A DNA stretch of 64,000 nt from an uncultured Chloroflexia bacterium (lineage in GTDB: Bacteria > Chloroflexota > Limnocylindria > QHBO01): the NCBI GenBank assembly GCA_963777045.1, contig CAVZPD010000009.1, positions 139,583-203,582 of the forward strand, given 5' to 3'. The position numbers and the translations under genes are program-made. The notes under the pieces were generated by a model, which was not told the DNA's origin, ran no database searches, and was given only the letters and a program-made list of their open reading frames with translations. Shown here piece by piece: positions 1 through 9,030 of the stretch (its first letter is position 1; the number at the start of each line of letters is the position of its first letter).

Positions 1-276
1 GGCAGGAACGGCCTCTTCTGGGCCCTGATCCGCTACCTCGTCGTCGCCCAGTACGCGCTGACCGTCTTCGTCCTCATCCCGTTCATGGTCTTCAACCTGG
101 CCAGTGGCTCGTTCATTCCGCCGGCGTTCCCGTTCCGGGCCCTGGTGCTCGGAGCCGTCGCTGCCGGCCTCGGCGCCGTGTCGCTCGTCTACCTGTGGTT
201 CGAGTACCGACGCGTGACGCGCCGCGAGGCGCTCGAGGCGACCGCGGCCAGCGGGCTCCTCTCGACGAGCCGCTAG
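1..276 (+). CDS. C-terminal part of a membrane protein; start lies upstream of the window
   Basis: Frame 1 is open from nt 1 (GRNGLFWALIRYLVVAQYALTVFVLIPFMVFNLASG...) with hydrophobic TM-like segments and a stop at 274-276; the track only shows the piece from the first Met (85). Confidence 0.45.
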   Translation, partial: GRNGLFWALIRYLVVAQYALTVFVLIPFMVFNLASGSFIPPAFPFRALVLGAVAAGLGAVSLVYLWFEYRRVTRREALEATAASGLLSTSR

Positions 277-335
277 GGCTCGCCCCCACCGACATCTCCG
301 CCAGGCTGCTCGCCCATCTCGGCTGGTCGGCCCTG

Positions 336-632
336 GTGCTGGTCGCCGCCGGAGCGCTGGTGGCCGTCGAGCTCAGCGCTCCCTGCCCGCCCGGCGGCCC
401 GCTGGCGTTCGGCTCGTGTGGGGCCGTTCGGCCGTTCGCCGTGGCAGTCGTCCTCCTGGCGGCCGCGCTCTACGTGACGGCGCTGAGCGGCGTCTTGGCC
501 TGGACCGATGGCCTCCGCCGGCGCGGCGTGGCTGATGCGCGTTCCGCCCGAGACTGGTACCTGCTCGCCGCCGTTATCGGCCTGCCCGTCGCGCCGTTGC
601 TCGCGTTCACCCTCGTCTCCGCCCTCCGCTAG
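336..632 (+). CDS. small hydrophobic membrane protein (hypothetical); start uncertain
   Basis: ORF 195..632 is very hydrophobic (VLVAAGALVAVEL...AVAVVLLAAALYVTALSGVLAW...LLAAVIGLPVAPLLAFTLV). Its 5' part overlaps the upstream gene, so an internal GTG near 336 is the likely start. Confidence 0.3.
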   Translation: MLVAAGALVAVELSAPCPPGGPLAFGSCGAVRPFAVAVVLLAAALYVTALSGVLAWTDGLRRRGVADARSARDWYLLAAVIGLPVAPLLAFTLVSALR

Positions 633-641
633 CATGGTCCC

Positions 642-2093
642 ATGACCATTTCGAGCGCCGATGCCCTCGTCGCGCGCCTGGATGGCATCGCCCGGATCGT
701 GGGCGATGGCCTCGAGGTGGACGACGCCGGACGACTTCGGCATGAGCTGATCGACGATCTCGCCGTCGCGGCGGTCTTCGGTCCTGACGATGCCACTCGA
801 GACGCCGCGCGCTGGCTGATCTGGAGCGCCTCGCAGGCCCTCGGCTGCGGCTCGGCGAGCATTCACGAGCTGTACATGGCGCGCGGGCGCGGCGAGTTCG
901 ATGCCACCGCTTTCACCGTGCCCGCGGTGAACGTGCGGGCATCGGCCTACCTGACCGCTCGCCAGGCCTTCGCCGCCGCGATCGAGCGGGACGCGGGGAC
1001 CCTCATCTTCGAGATCGCCAAGTCGGAGATGGCGTACACCGAGCAGCGGCCGGCCGAGTACACCGCCGTCATCCTGGCGGCGGCCATCCGCGAGGGCTGG
1101 CCGGGACCCGTCTTCCTGCAGGGCGACCACTTCCAGTTCAACGCGACCCGCTGGAAGGCCGATGCCGAGGCCGAGATGGCGGGGCTCCAGGACCTGACCC
1201 GCGAGGCGGTGGCGGCCGGTTTCCTGAACATCGACATCGACAGCAGCACGCTGGTCGACCTCTCCCAGGCGACGGTGGCCGAGCAGCAGGCCGTCAACGC
1301 GGCCAACAGCGCCGCGCTGACCCAGCTCATCCGCGACCTCGAGCCGGAGGGCGTGACCGTCAGCGTCGGCGGCGAGATCGGCGAGGTGGGGAAGTCGAAC
1401 TCCACCGAGGAGGAGCTGCGCGCCTACCTGTCCGGCTACTACCAGCGGCTTGGTGAGGGGATGACCGGCATCAGCAAGGTGAGCATCCAGACCGGTACCA
1501 GCCACGGCGGGGTCCCCATGCCGGACGGGAGCATCGCCACGGTGAAGATCGACTTCGATACCATGCGCCGCCTCTCGACCGTTGCCCGGGAAGAATTCCG
1601 GCTGGCCGGCTGCGTCCAGCACGGCGCGTCGACCCTGCCGGACGAGGCGTTCCACCACTTCCCGGCGAGCGGCGCCGCGGAGATCCACCTGGCGACCGGG
1701 TTCCAGAACATCCTCTACGACGCCGGGGGGCTGCCGGCCGACCTCAAGGCCGAGATGATGGACTGGACTCAAGACAACTGCGCCGATGAGCGCAAGGACG
1801 ACCAGACTGATGAGCAGTTCCTGTACAAGTCGCGAAAGAAGGCGATCGGCCCCTTCAAGCGCCAGCTGTGGGAGCTGTCCGACGACGCTCGCAGCGAGAT
1901 CGCCGGGAACCTGCGCGACAAGTTCGGTCTGCTCTTCGACGAGCTGCAGATCGCGGGCACGCGGGAGCTGGTCGACCGCTTCGTCACGCGCGTGCCGTTG
2001 CCGCGGCCCCGGCCTGAATCACTCGGCGGGAGCGGTCGCCGCGCGGTGACCGCCGGCGCGACCGTCTTCGAGGACGACGGCTCGGGGGAGTAG
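642..2093 (+). CDS. class II aldolase family protein (fructose/tagatose-bisphosphate aldolase-like), unusually long at 483 aa
   Basis: 483-aa ORF with class II aldolase signatures: VFLQGDHFQF, a divalent-metal His region SIQTGTSHGG (compare AIGTSHGAYK of GatY/FbaA) and ...HLATGFQN. High GC3 coding bias. Confidence 0.55.
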   Translation: MTISSADALVARLDGIARIVGDGLEVDDAGRLRHELIDDLAVAAVFGPDDATRDAARWLIWSASQALGCGSASIHELYMARGRGEFDATAFTVPAVNVRASAYLTARQAFAAAIERDAGTLIFEIAKSEMAYTEQRPAEYTAVILAAAIREGWPGPVFLQGDHFQFNATRWKADAEAEMAGLQDLTREAVAAGFLNIDIDSSTLVDLSQATVAEQQAVNAANSAALTQLIRDLEPEGVTVSVGGEIGEVGKSNSTEEELRAYLSGYYQRLGEGMTGISKVSIQTGTSHGGVPMPDGSIATVKIDFDTMRRLSTVAREEFRLAGCVQHGASTLPDEAFHHFPASGAAEIHLATGFQNILYDAGGLPADLKAEMMDWTQDNCADERKDDQTDEQFLYKSRKKAIGPFKRQLWELSDDARSEIAGNLRDKFGLLFDELQIAGTRELVDRFVTRVPLPRPRPESLGGSGRRAVTAGATVFEDDGSGE

Positions 2094-2097
2094 GGCG

Positions 2098-2811
2098 TCA
2101 GCCCAGCCCCAGCAGGCGCAGCAGGACGGGCTGGTCGGCGAGTGCCACCAGCCGCCTGACGCCGGCGGGCGGCAGCTTGGCGAGCGCCGTCAGGGCGGTG
2201 GCCAGCTCTGCCGCGCTCAGCTCCCCGATGAGCGCCCAGACCCGCTCGACGGCCGCGCCATCCAGGCTGTCGAGGGCCAGGAAGAGGTGCTCGATGGCGG
2301 CCGGATCGCCGCGCACGAAGACCTCGACGCCGCGGTCGAAGCGCTCCACGAAGTCGAGCAGGGATCGCAACCGCTGCTCCAGCTCCACGGCCGGCGCGCC
2401 CACCTCTGCCGCACGGCGCACGCACTGCCGCAGCACCGGCAGCACAGGATCGGTCTCGCGTTCGCGTCGTGCCGCGGCGACGCGGCGGAACCACTCCCAG
2501 TGGTCGCCGACCACTTCCCAGGCGACCGCCGCCGGGCCGCGCTGTCCGCTGCGCCGCGGCGCAGCGGCCCTGATCAGGAGGCCCCATTCCTCGCACTGCG
2601 TCAGTGCCAGGCTGGCCGCCCGGTGGCTCATGCCCAGGGCGCGCCGCACCTCCGGCTCCGTCAGTGGCCCACCGTGCACGAGCAGGTAGCCCTGCACCGC
2701 GGCCGTTGACGGTGCCACGCCCCACGCGGCGCCGATCTCGCCCCAGGCGCGTGCGAAGTCGCGCCGAATCCGCTCGGAGCGGGAGGTGTCGACCGCATCG
2801 TTGGTGGCCAC
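2098..2811 (-). CDS. GbsR/MarR-like winged-helix transcriptional regulator
   Basis: Translation contains SERIRRDFARAWGEIGAAWGVAPSTAAVQGYLLVHGGPLTEPEVRRALGMSHRAASLALTQCEEWGLLIR...DHWEWF, typical of GbsR-type wHTH repressors. An in-frame GTG at 2811 gives the usual short N-terminus; the ORF could extend to the ATG at 2898 through a Pro-rich extension. Confidence 0.5.
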   Translation of the reverse strand: MATNDAVDTSRSERIRRDFARAWGEIGAAWGVAPSTAAVQGYLLVHGGPLTEPEVRRALGMSHRAASLALTQCEEWGLLIRAAAPRRSGQRGPAAVAWEVVGDHWEWFRRVAAARRERETDPVLPVLRQCVRRAAEVGAPAVELEQRLRSLLDFVERFDRGVEVFVRGDPAAIEHLFLALDSLDGAAVERVWALIGELSAAELATALTALAKLPPAGVRRLVALADQPVLLRLLGLG

Positions 2812-3120
2812 GGGGTGGAGCCTAGCAGGCGGCGGTTCTGGCTCGATGGGTCGCGCGGATTGCGCCAGATGGCGAGTTCGGGAGCCGCTTGGCGACATCT
2901 ATCGGTGCGTCGCAAGCCCAGATGCCCCTCCGGGGCTGGCCTTGCGCGTGCCTTGTACCGATAGATCGGCCGAAACCGAGCCCGGGACCCGAGCTGGGCA
3001 CCGTCTGTGACATCTATCGGCCCCGGCCCCCCGGCCCCCTGCTCCAGGATCAGGTCGGCAGGCATTGACGGCTCCCGCCGAGTATCTGGTCGAGCAACGC
3101 AGCAACCTGCAACTGGACAC

Positions 3121-3148
3121 GGAAAAGCCCCGGTCCTGGGACCGGGGC
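3121..3148 (-). terminator. intrinsic terminator downstream of the IscA-family gene
   Basis: On the minus strand the RNA would read GCCCCGGUCC-CAG-GACCGGGGC followed by UUUUCC. This is a perfect 9-10 bp GC stem plus U-tract, ~30 nt after the stop at 3177. Confidence 0.6.
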
Positions 3149-3176
3149 TTCCGCGCGGCGCGAGAGGGAGGAGGGG

Positions 3177-3599
3177 TCAGTGGCAGCCGCCAGCCTTGGC
3201 CGGCGAGCCATCGGTGTTGAACGACGAGCCGCAGGCGCAGCTGCTGACCGCGTTCGGATTGTTGATGGCAAAACCGGAGCCCATCAGCGAGTCGACGTAG
3301 TCGATCTCGGCACCACCCACGTACTGCGCGCTGTAGGCGTCGATCACGACCGGCACGCCGGCGTGATCCTCGACGCGGTCGTCATCGGCGATCTTCTCGT
3401 CGAAGGCCAGGCCGTAGCTGAACCCGGAGCAGCCACCGCTCTTCACGAAGAGCCGCAGCGCAGCGGCGCTCTTGCCCTCGCGGGAGCGGAGCTCCACGAC
3501 CTTCGCAGCAGCGGCATCGGTCAGGCTGACGAGGAGCTCATCGGGCGCAGCCGGCGCACCGGCGGGGGTTGCCTGTGGCGTCGTCTCTGGCATGGTCAT
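3177..3599 (-). CDS. iron-sulfur cluster insertion protein, IscA/ErpA/HesB family
   Basis: 140 aa. It carries the C-terminal signature GSGFAINNPNAVSSCACGSSF and the earlier FVKSGGCSGFSY motif of A-type Fe-S carriers. Confidence 0.85.
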   Translation of the reverse strand: MTMPETTPQATPAGAPAAPDELLVSLTDAAAAKVVELRSREGKSAAALRLFVKSGGCSGFSYGLAFDEKIADDDRVEDHAGVPVVIDAYSAQYVGGAEIDYVDSLMGSGFAINNPNAVSSCACGSSFNTDGSPAKAGGCH

Positions 3600-3625
3600 C
3601 TTGACGGGGGTTCTCCCTCGCGGCG

Positions 3626-3655
3626 TTGGATTGAGTTCGCTTCGGAAAGTATAGC
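3626..3655 (+). promoter_or_regulatory. candidate sigma70-type promoter for the aminotransferase/transketolase-like operon
   Basis: TTGGAT, an 18-nt spacer, then TATAGC in a locally AT-richer stretch ~165 nt upstream of the GTG start at 3820. The leader contains a CCGATGG...CCATCGG hairpin. Confidence 0.3.
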
Positions 3656-3819
3656 AACCCTATCAGGATTCCCCGCAATGGCCCAATCGCAGACCGGCCC
3701 GAAGTCCGTTCCGATGGCGCAACATGCTTGCCATCGGAATGACCGTCGGCCCTTCGCGCCGGGCCGTGGGCACCGGTAGACTTGTCGCCCGACCCATTGC
3801 TACGAAGAGGCTCACGCAC

Positions 3820-5025
3820 GTGAAGCTTGCAGACCGCATGGAGCGGATCGGGACCGAGACCGCCTTCGAGGCGGCAGCGCGTGCTCGCGCGCTGGAGGCC
3901 ACCGGCCGCGACGTGATCCACCTCGAGATCGGCGAGCCCGATTTCGATACTCCGCGCCACATCAGCGAGGCCGCTTCACGCGGCCTGCTCGAAGAGCGGA
4001 TGACCCACTACACCGGCGCGACCGGCATCCTGCCGCTGCGCGAGGCGATCGTCGCCGACGTGAAGCGCTGGAAGGGGATCGACGCCACGCCCGACCAGGT
4101 CGTCGTCACGCCCGGCGCCAAGCCCATCATGTTCTACGCCATGCTCGCCCTGATCAACGAGGGCGACGAGGTCATCTACCCGAACCCGGGCTTCCCGATC
4201 TACGAGTCGATGGCCCGCTACGTGGGCGGCACGCCGGTCGCGGCACCGCTCCGCGAGGAAGCCGAGTTCCGGATGGACGTGCGCGAGGTCGCGTCGCTGG
4301 TGACCGACCGGACACGGCTCATCGTCATCAACTCGCCGCAGAACCCAACCGGCTCGATCCTCACCCACGACGACATCCGCGAGATCGCCCGCATCGCGGT
4401 CGAGCATGACCTGGTCGTCCTGGCCGATGAGATCTACGGCCGGCTGCAGTACGAGGGGGAGCCGCTCTCCATCGCGACCCTGCCGGGCATGGCCGACCGC
4501 ACGATCACACTGGACGGCTTCAGCAAGACCTTTGCGATGACCGGCTGGCGCCTCGGCTACGGGATCATCCCGGAGTGGCTGCTGCCGACCTACAGCCGCC
4601 TGGTCATCAACAGCGTGAGCTGCACCAACGCCTTCGCCCAGGCCGGGGCGGTCGCGGCGTTGACCGGGCCCCAGGAGGAGCCCGACCGCTTCCGCGAGGA
4701 GTTCATCGCGCGACGCAAGATCATCGTGGACGGGCTCAACGCCATCGACGGCGTCAGCTGCGTCATGCCGCACGGCGCGTTCTACGCGTTCCCGAACGTA
4801 TCGAGCTTCGGGCGGACCAGCGCCGAGATCGCCGATCACCTCCTCTACGACGCCGGCATCTGCACGCTGGCCGGCACGGCCTTCGGGAGCCACGGCGAGG
4901 GTTACCTGCGGCTGTCGTACGCAAACTCGCGCGAGAAGATCAACGCCGCGCTGGAGCGGATCGCCGAGTCGCTGGCACGCCTGGAGCGGACCGGCGAGGT
5001 CGTGACGGCGGGTTCGGCGTCATGA
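3820..5025 (+). CDS. pyridoxal-phosphate-dependent aminotransferase, class I/II (aspartate aminotransferase family)
   Basis: LEIGEPDFDTP, NPGFPIYE, SPQNPTG and FSKTFAMTGWRLGY (PLP-lysine region) are diagnostic. GTG at 3820 is preceded by GAAGAGG (RBS), whereas the upstream in-frame ATG at 3724 would add an atypical extension. Confidence 0.8.
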   Translation: MKLADRMERIGTETAFEAAARARALEATGRDVIHLEIGEPDFDTPRHISEAASRGLLEERMTHYTGATGILPLREAIVADVKRWKGIDATPDQVVVTPGAKPIMFYAMLALINEGDEVIYPNPGFPIYESMARYVGGTPVAAPLREEAEFRMDVREVASLVTDRTRLIVINSPQNPTGSILTHDDIREIARIAVEHDLVVLADEIYGRLQYEGEPLSIATLPGMADRTITLDGFSKTFAMTGWRLGYGIIPEWLLPTYSRLVINSVSCTNAFAQAGAVAALTGPQEEPDRFREEFIARRKIIVDGLNAIDGVSCVMPHGAFYAFPNVSSFGRTSAEIADHLLYDAGICTLAGTAFGSHGEGYLRLSYANSREKINAALERIAESLARLERTGEVVTAGSAS

Positions 5026-7403
5026 CCGCCACCCGACCAGTCGCCGAATCGGCCGACGAACTCTACCAGCGCGCAACCGGCTCGTTCGAGCAGTGGGAGC
5101 TGGTCAAGGACGTACTGGACGAGGCGATCGACCTCACGCTCAACTACCGTCAGTCGGGCCACCCGGGCGGCTCACGCTCGAAGGTGCACCTCTTCCTCTC
5201 GCTCCTGCTCTCCGGCGCCATGCGCTGGGACATCCGCCGCCCGTGGCTGCCCTTCGCGGATCGCTTCGTCCTCTCGGCGGGGCACACCGTGCCGCTCGTC
5301 TACTGCACCCTGGCCGTGCTCAACGAGATCCTCCGAGCGCGCCATGAGCGGAGTGGGGACGAGCGCTTCGCCTTCCCCGATGACGGCGAGTGGGCGCTCA
5401 CCTGGGAGCACCTGCTCACCCTCCGACGCCGTGGCGGCCTGGCCGGCCACGCGGAGATGGAGGGCAAGACGCTCTTCCTGAAGTTCAACACCGGCCCCTC
5501 CGGACACGGCATGCCACCCGCGGCCGGCGAGGCGGCAGCGCTCAAGCTGGCCGGCGCCGGCGAGGTGAAGGTCTTCGCCGTCGAGGGCGAGGGTGGCCTC
5601 ACGCCGGGCGCCAGCCACGAGACGCGGAACACCGCCTGGGGGCTGGGACTCGACAACCTCGTTTTCCTGGTCGACTGGAACGACTACGGGATCGACGACG
5701 TCGCCATCTCGGAGGTCGTCCACGGTGCCCCGGCCGACTGGTTCACGCCGTACGGCTGGCGCATCACCGGCACGGAGCAGGGCTCCGAGTGGGGTCCCGT
5801 CGCCCGTGCCGTCCTGGAGGCGGCCCGTGGCGAGAACCCGGACCACGTCCCGTCCATGGCCTGGTTCAAGACGCGCAAGGGGCGTGGCTACGGCAAGTAC
5901 GACAACAAGAGCCATGGCTCGCCGCACGCCATGAACTCCGAGCCGTTCTGGACGGTGCGCAAGGGGTTCATGGAGCGCCACGGCGTCGAGTACGCGGGCG
6001 TCGACGAGGCCGCGCCATCGGATCCCGGAGAGCTCGAGGCGCAGGCGCGCCACAACTTCGAGGTGGCCATGGGCGTCCTGCGTGCGAACACGCAGGTGGT
6101 GGATGCCATCAGCGACCGCCTCCTGGAGCTGGCGGCATCGGTGCCGGAGCGGGTGGAAGGCTTTCACCTGGGCGGGAACGGCGCCGAGATCTTCAACGAC
6201 TCACGCTTCACCGATGTCTCCGCCTACCCCGCTTCGATGTGGAAGCAGCCCGGAGAGAAGGCCCCCAATCGGGCGGCGCTGGCGACCTGGGGCTCGTGGG
6301 TCAACGCGACCGCGAAGGCGGAGTACGACCGGCCGCTGGTGATCGCCTGCTCGGCCGACCTTGCCGAATCAACGAACATCGCAGGCTTCGCCAAGGACTT
6401 CGAGGAGCTGCCGGGGTGGGGCTGGTACAACCGCGACACGAACCCGCGGGGCGCGCTGCTGCCGCAGGAGATCACCGAGTTCACCAACGCCGGCGTGTCG
6501 GTGGGGATCGCGACGGTCAACCTGGCCGATGATCCCTTCCACGCCTTCAACGGCTTCTGGGCCGCCTGCTCGACCTACGGCTCGTTCTCGTACCTGAAGT
6601 ACGGGCCGATGCGCCTCTTCAGCCAGCTCGCCCAGGACACCGAGCTGAAGGTGGGCAAGGTGATCTGGATCGCCGGACACTCGGGGCCCGAGACCGCCGA
6701 GGACTCGCGCACCCACTTCGGCGTCTTCGCCACCGGCGTCACGCAGCTCTTCCCGGAAGGGCACGTCATCGACCTGCACCCGTGGGAGCACAACGAGGTG
6801 CCCGTCGTCCTCGCCGCCGCGCTGGCCACCGACGTGCCGATCGTGGCGCTGCACCTCACCCGGCCGTCGGTGGAGATTCCGGATCGCGAGAAGCTGGGCA
6901 TGGACTCGCACTTCGCCGCCGCGAAGGGGGCCTACCTGATGCGGCGCGCGGATCCCGCGACACCGTGCGCGGGGACGGTCTACGTGCAGGGGACCATGTC
7001 GACCGCCAACCTGGTCAAGGTCCTGCCACGGCTCGACGAGGAGGGACTGAACGTCCGCGTGGTCGCGGCCATCAGCCCGCAGCTGTTCCGGATGCAGGAC
7101 GCCGCCTACCGCGACGAGATCTGCTCAGCGGCGGACCGCTTCGACGGGATGGCCATCACCAACCGCGCCTTCAAGCTGATGCGCGACTGGGTGGACGGGC
7201 CGATTGCCGAGGAGTACTCGCTCTCCTCCGACTGGGACAATCGCTGGCGCACGGGCGGCACGGTCGACGAGGTGATCGACGAGGCGCACCTCGGCCCTGA
7301 CCACATCCTCGAGGGGATACGTCGCTACGTCGCGGACCGCGACGCTCGTCTGCGACGCCTGCGCGAGCTCGTCGCGTCCGTCGAGCAGGGGCACGGCGGC
7401 TAG
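5022..7403 (+). CDS. transketolase-family thiamine-diphosphate enzyme (794 aa)
   Basis: The N-terminus carries SGHPGGSRS...DRFVLSAGH (compare TK GHPG...DRFVLSNGH). It also has the EGEGGLTPGASHE ThDP/Mg site and IAGHSGPETAEDSRTHFG (compare TK THDSIGLGEDGPTHQ). ATG 5022 overlaps the aminotransferase stop (ATGA); the 4575..5021 portion of the track ORF is an out-of-frame overlap with the aminotransferase. Confidence 0.75.
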   Translation: MTATRPVAESADELYQRATGSFEQWELVKDVLDEAIDLTLNYRQSGHPGGSRSKVHLFLSLLLSGAMRWDIRRPWLPFADRFVLSAGHTVPLVYCTLAVLNEILRARHERSGDERFAFPDDGEWALTWEHLLTLRRRGGLAGHAEMEGKTLFLKFNTGPSGHGMPPAAGEAAALKLAGAGEVKVFAVEGEGGLTPGASHETRNTAWGLGLDNLVFLVDWNDYGIDDVAISEVVHGAPADWFTPYGWRITGTEQGSEWGPVARAVLEAARGENPDHVPSMAWFKTRKGRGYGKYDNKSHGSPHAMNSEPFWTVRKGFMERHGVEYAGVDEAAPSDPGELEAQARHNFEVAMGVLRANTQVVDAISDRLLELAASVPERVEGFHLGGNGAEIFNDSRFTDVSAYPASMWKQPGEKAPNRAALATWGSWVNATAKAEYDRPLVIACSADLAESTNIAGFAKDFEELPGWGWYNRDTNPRGALLPQEITEFTNAGVSVGIATVNLADDPFHAFNGFWAACSTYGSFSYLKYGPMRLFSQLAQDTELKVGKVIWIAGHSGPETAEDSRTHFGVFATGVTQLFPEGHVIDLHPWEHNEVPVVLAAALATDVPIVALHLTRPSVEIPDREKLGMDSHFAAAKGAYLMRRADPATPCAGTVYVQGTMSTANLVKVLPRLDEEGLNVRVVAAISPQLFRMQDAAYRDEICSAADRFDGMAITNRAFKLMRDWVDGPIAEEYSLSSDWDNRWRTGGTVDEVIDEAHLGPDHILEGIRRYVADRDARLRRLRELVASVEQGHGG

Positions 7404-7409
7404 CGGCGC

Positions 7410-7619
7410 ATGCCCGACCTGGAGCCCCACCCCTACGAGCACCAGCGCCCCCGGCGCCCGCGAATCCTGCCGAAGCGGCTGAAACCGCCGCCGGACCGCC
7501 AGGACCCGCCGGACCTGCGCTGGATGCTCTTCGTGGGGATCGCGCTGGCGGCGGTGATGGCGGCCCTCGCCGCTCCGTACATCGTGGGCTACCTGCTGCA
7601 GGCGGCGACGGGCGGCTAG
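7410..7619 (+). CDS. small hypothetical protein with a C-terminal TM helix
   Basis: 69 aa, starting 7 nt after the TK-like stop, with strong GC3 bias. Pro/Arg-rich N-terminus, then WMLFVGIALAAVMAALAAPYIVGYLL. Confidence 0.3.
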   Translation: MPDLEPHPYEHQRPRRPRILPKRLKPPPDRQDPPDLRWMLFVGIALAAVMAALAAPYIVGYLLQAATGG

Positions 7620-8197
7620 GGCCGCTCGCCGCCGAGCTCGCGCACGACGCGTGCAGGCGTGCCCACCGCCAGCATGCCGGCGGGAATGTCGCGCGTCACG
7701 ACGCTTCCCGCACCGATGACGCTGTCCGAACCGATGCTCACCCCGGGGCAGACGATGGCGCCGCCACCCAGCCACACGTTGTCGCCGATGGCGATCGGTT
7801 GGGCCGACTCCCACCTGGATCGGCGCTCCGCCGGATTCAGCGGGTGCGTCGGCGTCAGCAGCTGGACATAGGGGCCGACCTGGACATCGTCACCAATGGT
7901 GACGGTCGCGACGTCGAGGCAGACGAGGCCGTAGTTGATGAAGGTCCGAGCCCCCACGGAGGTCTGGTAGCCGTAGTCGCAGCGGAACGGGGGCCGGATC
8001 TCGCTGCCCTCGCCGAACGCGCCGAGCAGCTCGCGCAGGAGCGCGTGGCGCGCGCCGCGGTCGACCGGATCCATGGTGTTGTAGCGATGCAGGAGCCGCT
8101 GGGCGCGATCCAGCTCGGAGGCCAGCTCGGGATCGTCCGCGATGTAGGGGTCCCCGGCCAGCATCCGCTCGCGCATCGACCGCTCGTCGGGGGGCAT
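7616..8197 (-). CDS. maltose/galactoside O-acetyltransferase family (left-handed beta-helix hexapeptide acyltransferase)
   Basis: Mac N-terminal motif (RERMLAGDPYIADDPEL...) followed by hexapeptide repeats IGDDVQVGP...IGDNVWLGGGAIVCPGVSIGSDSVIGAGSVV. Confidence 0.75.
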   Translation of the reverse strand: MPPDERSMRERMLAGDPYIADDPELASELDRAQRLLHRYNTMDPVDRGARHALLRELLGAFGEGSEIRPPFRCDYGYQTSVGARTFINYGLVCLDVATVTIGDDVQVGPYVQLLTPTHPLNPAERRSRWESAQPIAIGDNVWLGGGAIVCPGVSIGSDSVIGAGSVVTRDIPAGMLAVGTPARVVRELGGERP

Positions 8198-8202
8198 CGG
8201 TC

Positions 8203-9030
8203 CTACGCCTGCCGCGCGGTCCAGACCAGGACCCGCTCGCCGTCGACCTTGAGCGCGGGACGGATCAGCGGCGGCAGCTCGATGGGGTAGGCCCGTTCAT
8301 CGCCGCGGTAGCCGCCGGTGACGCGCCAGCGGGACCGGCCGTTGGCGAGCTCTCCGGCGAGGTCGAAGCTCGCACCGTGGCAGGGGCAGCGCAGGTCCTC
8401 GAACGCCGGGCGGAACTGGAGCGTGCAGCCCATGTGGGTGCAGACCGACGAGAGTGCCCGGAGCTGTCCACCGTCGTTGACGACGTAGCCGTCGAAGGCG
8501 GCCGTCGAGAAGCGGATGGCGGAGCCGGGCGGGAGCTCGGCCACCGTTGCAACCGCGACCCACTCGCCATCCGACCCCACCAGGTCGCTGCCGTCGTCCC
8601 AGATGCCCGGCCCGCCGCCCGGGGCCACCGGTCGCAGCATCGTGGCCCCCACCGCGCCCGCAGCGAGCCCGGCCGCCCCGATCAGGCCGCCGGTCAGCAG
8701 CTGACGGCGCGTGATGCGGACCCGCGACACTTCGCCAACCCCGGACCTGACCGGCGGAGGGACGCGAACGGCGTCGATGCCCTCGTCGGCGGCACGCATG
8801 CGCCGGCGCAGCTGGTCCACGAAGGCGGGATCCGGCGCGCTCGCCGCCGGGTCGGCCGTGGCAGCGATCTCGGCCGCCAGGCGCGCCATCTCCGCCTCGT
8901 CGTGATCGCCGACGTCGGCGGCAGAGGGCCGCTCCCCGGCCAGCAGGGCGTCGAGGTAGCGGTCGATCCGGTCCGCCGAGGCGGACTCGTCCGGCGTCGG
9001 ACGAAGGTCGCGCTCGCGTTCGTCAGCCAT
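8203..9030 (-). CDS. membrane-anchored Rieske [2Fe-2S] domain protein sitting in the anti-sigma position of an ECF sigma operon
   Basis: The C-terminus carries Rieske boxes CTHMGC...CPCHGASF. One TM/Tat-like segment (RRQLLTGGLIGAAGLAAGAVGA) follows a ~115-aa acidic N-terminal region. ATG 9030 overlaps the sigma stop by 8 nt. Confidence 0.6.
   Translation of the reverse strand: MADERERDLRPTPDESASADRIDRYLDALLAGERPSAADVGDHDEAEMARLAAEIAATADPAASAPDPAFVDQLRRRMRAADEGIDAVRVPPPVRSGVGEVSRVRITRRQLLTGGLIGAAGLAAGAVGATMLRPVAPGGGPGIWDDGSDLVGSDGEWVAVATVAELPPGSAIRFSTAAFDGYVVNDGGQLRALSSVCTHMGCTLQFRPAFEDLRCPCHGASFDLAGELANGRSRWRVTGGYRGDERAYPIELPPLIRPALKVDGERVLVWTARQA

Noticed and set aside
273-1772. 499-aa minus-strand ORF antisense to the aldolase-family gene
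   Set aside because: Arg/Gly/Pro-rich low-complexity translation, typical of an antisense frame in ~70% GC DNA. The sense gene has clear enzyme motifs.
4575-5021. N-terminal 149 codons of the 942-aa track ORF
   Set aside because: This stretch overlaps the aminotransferase gene in another frame and encodes low-complexity Arg-rich sequence. Transketolase homology begins at the ATG at 5022, which overlaps the aminotransferase stop.
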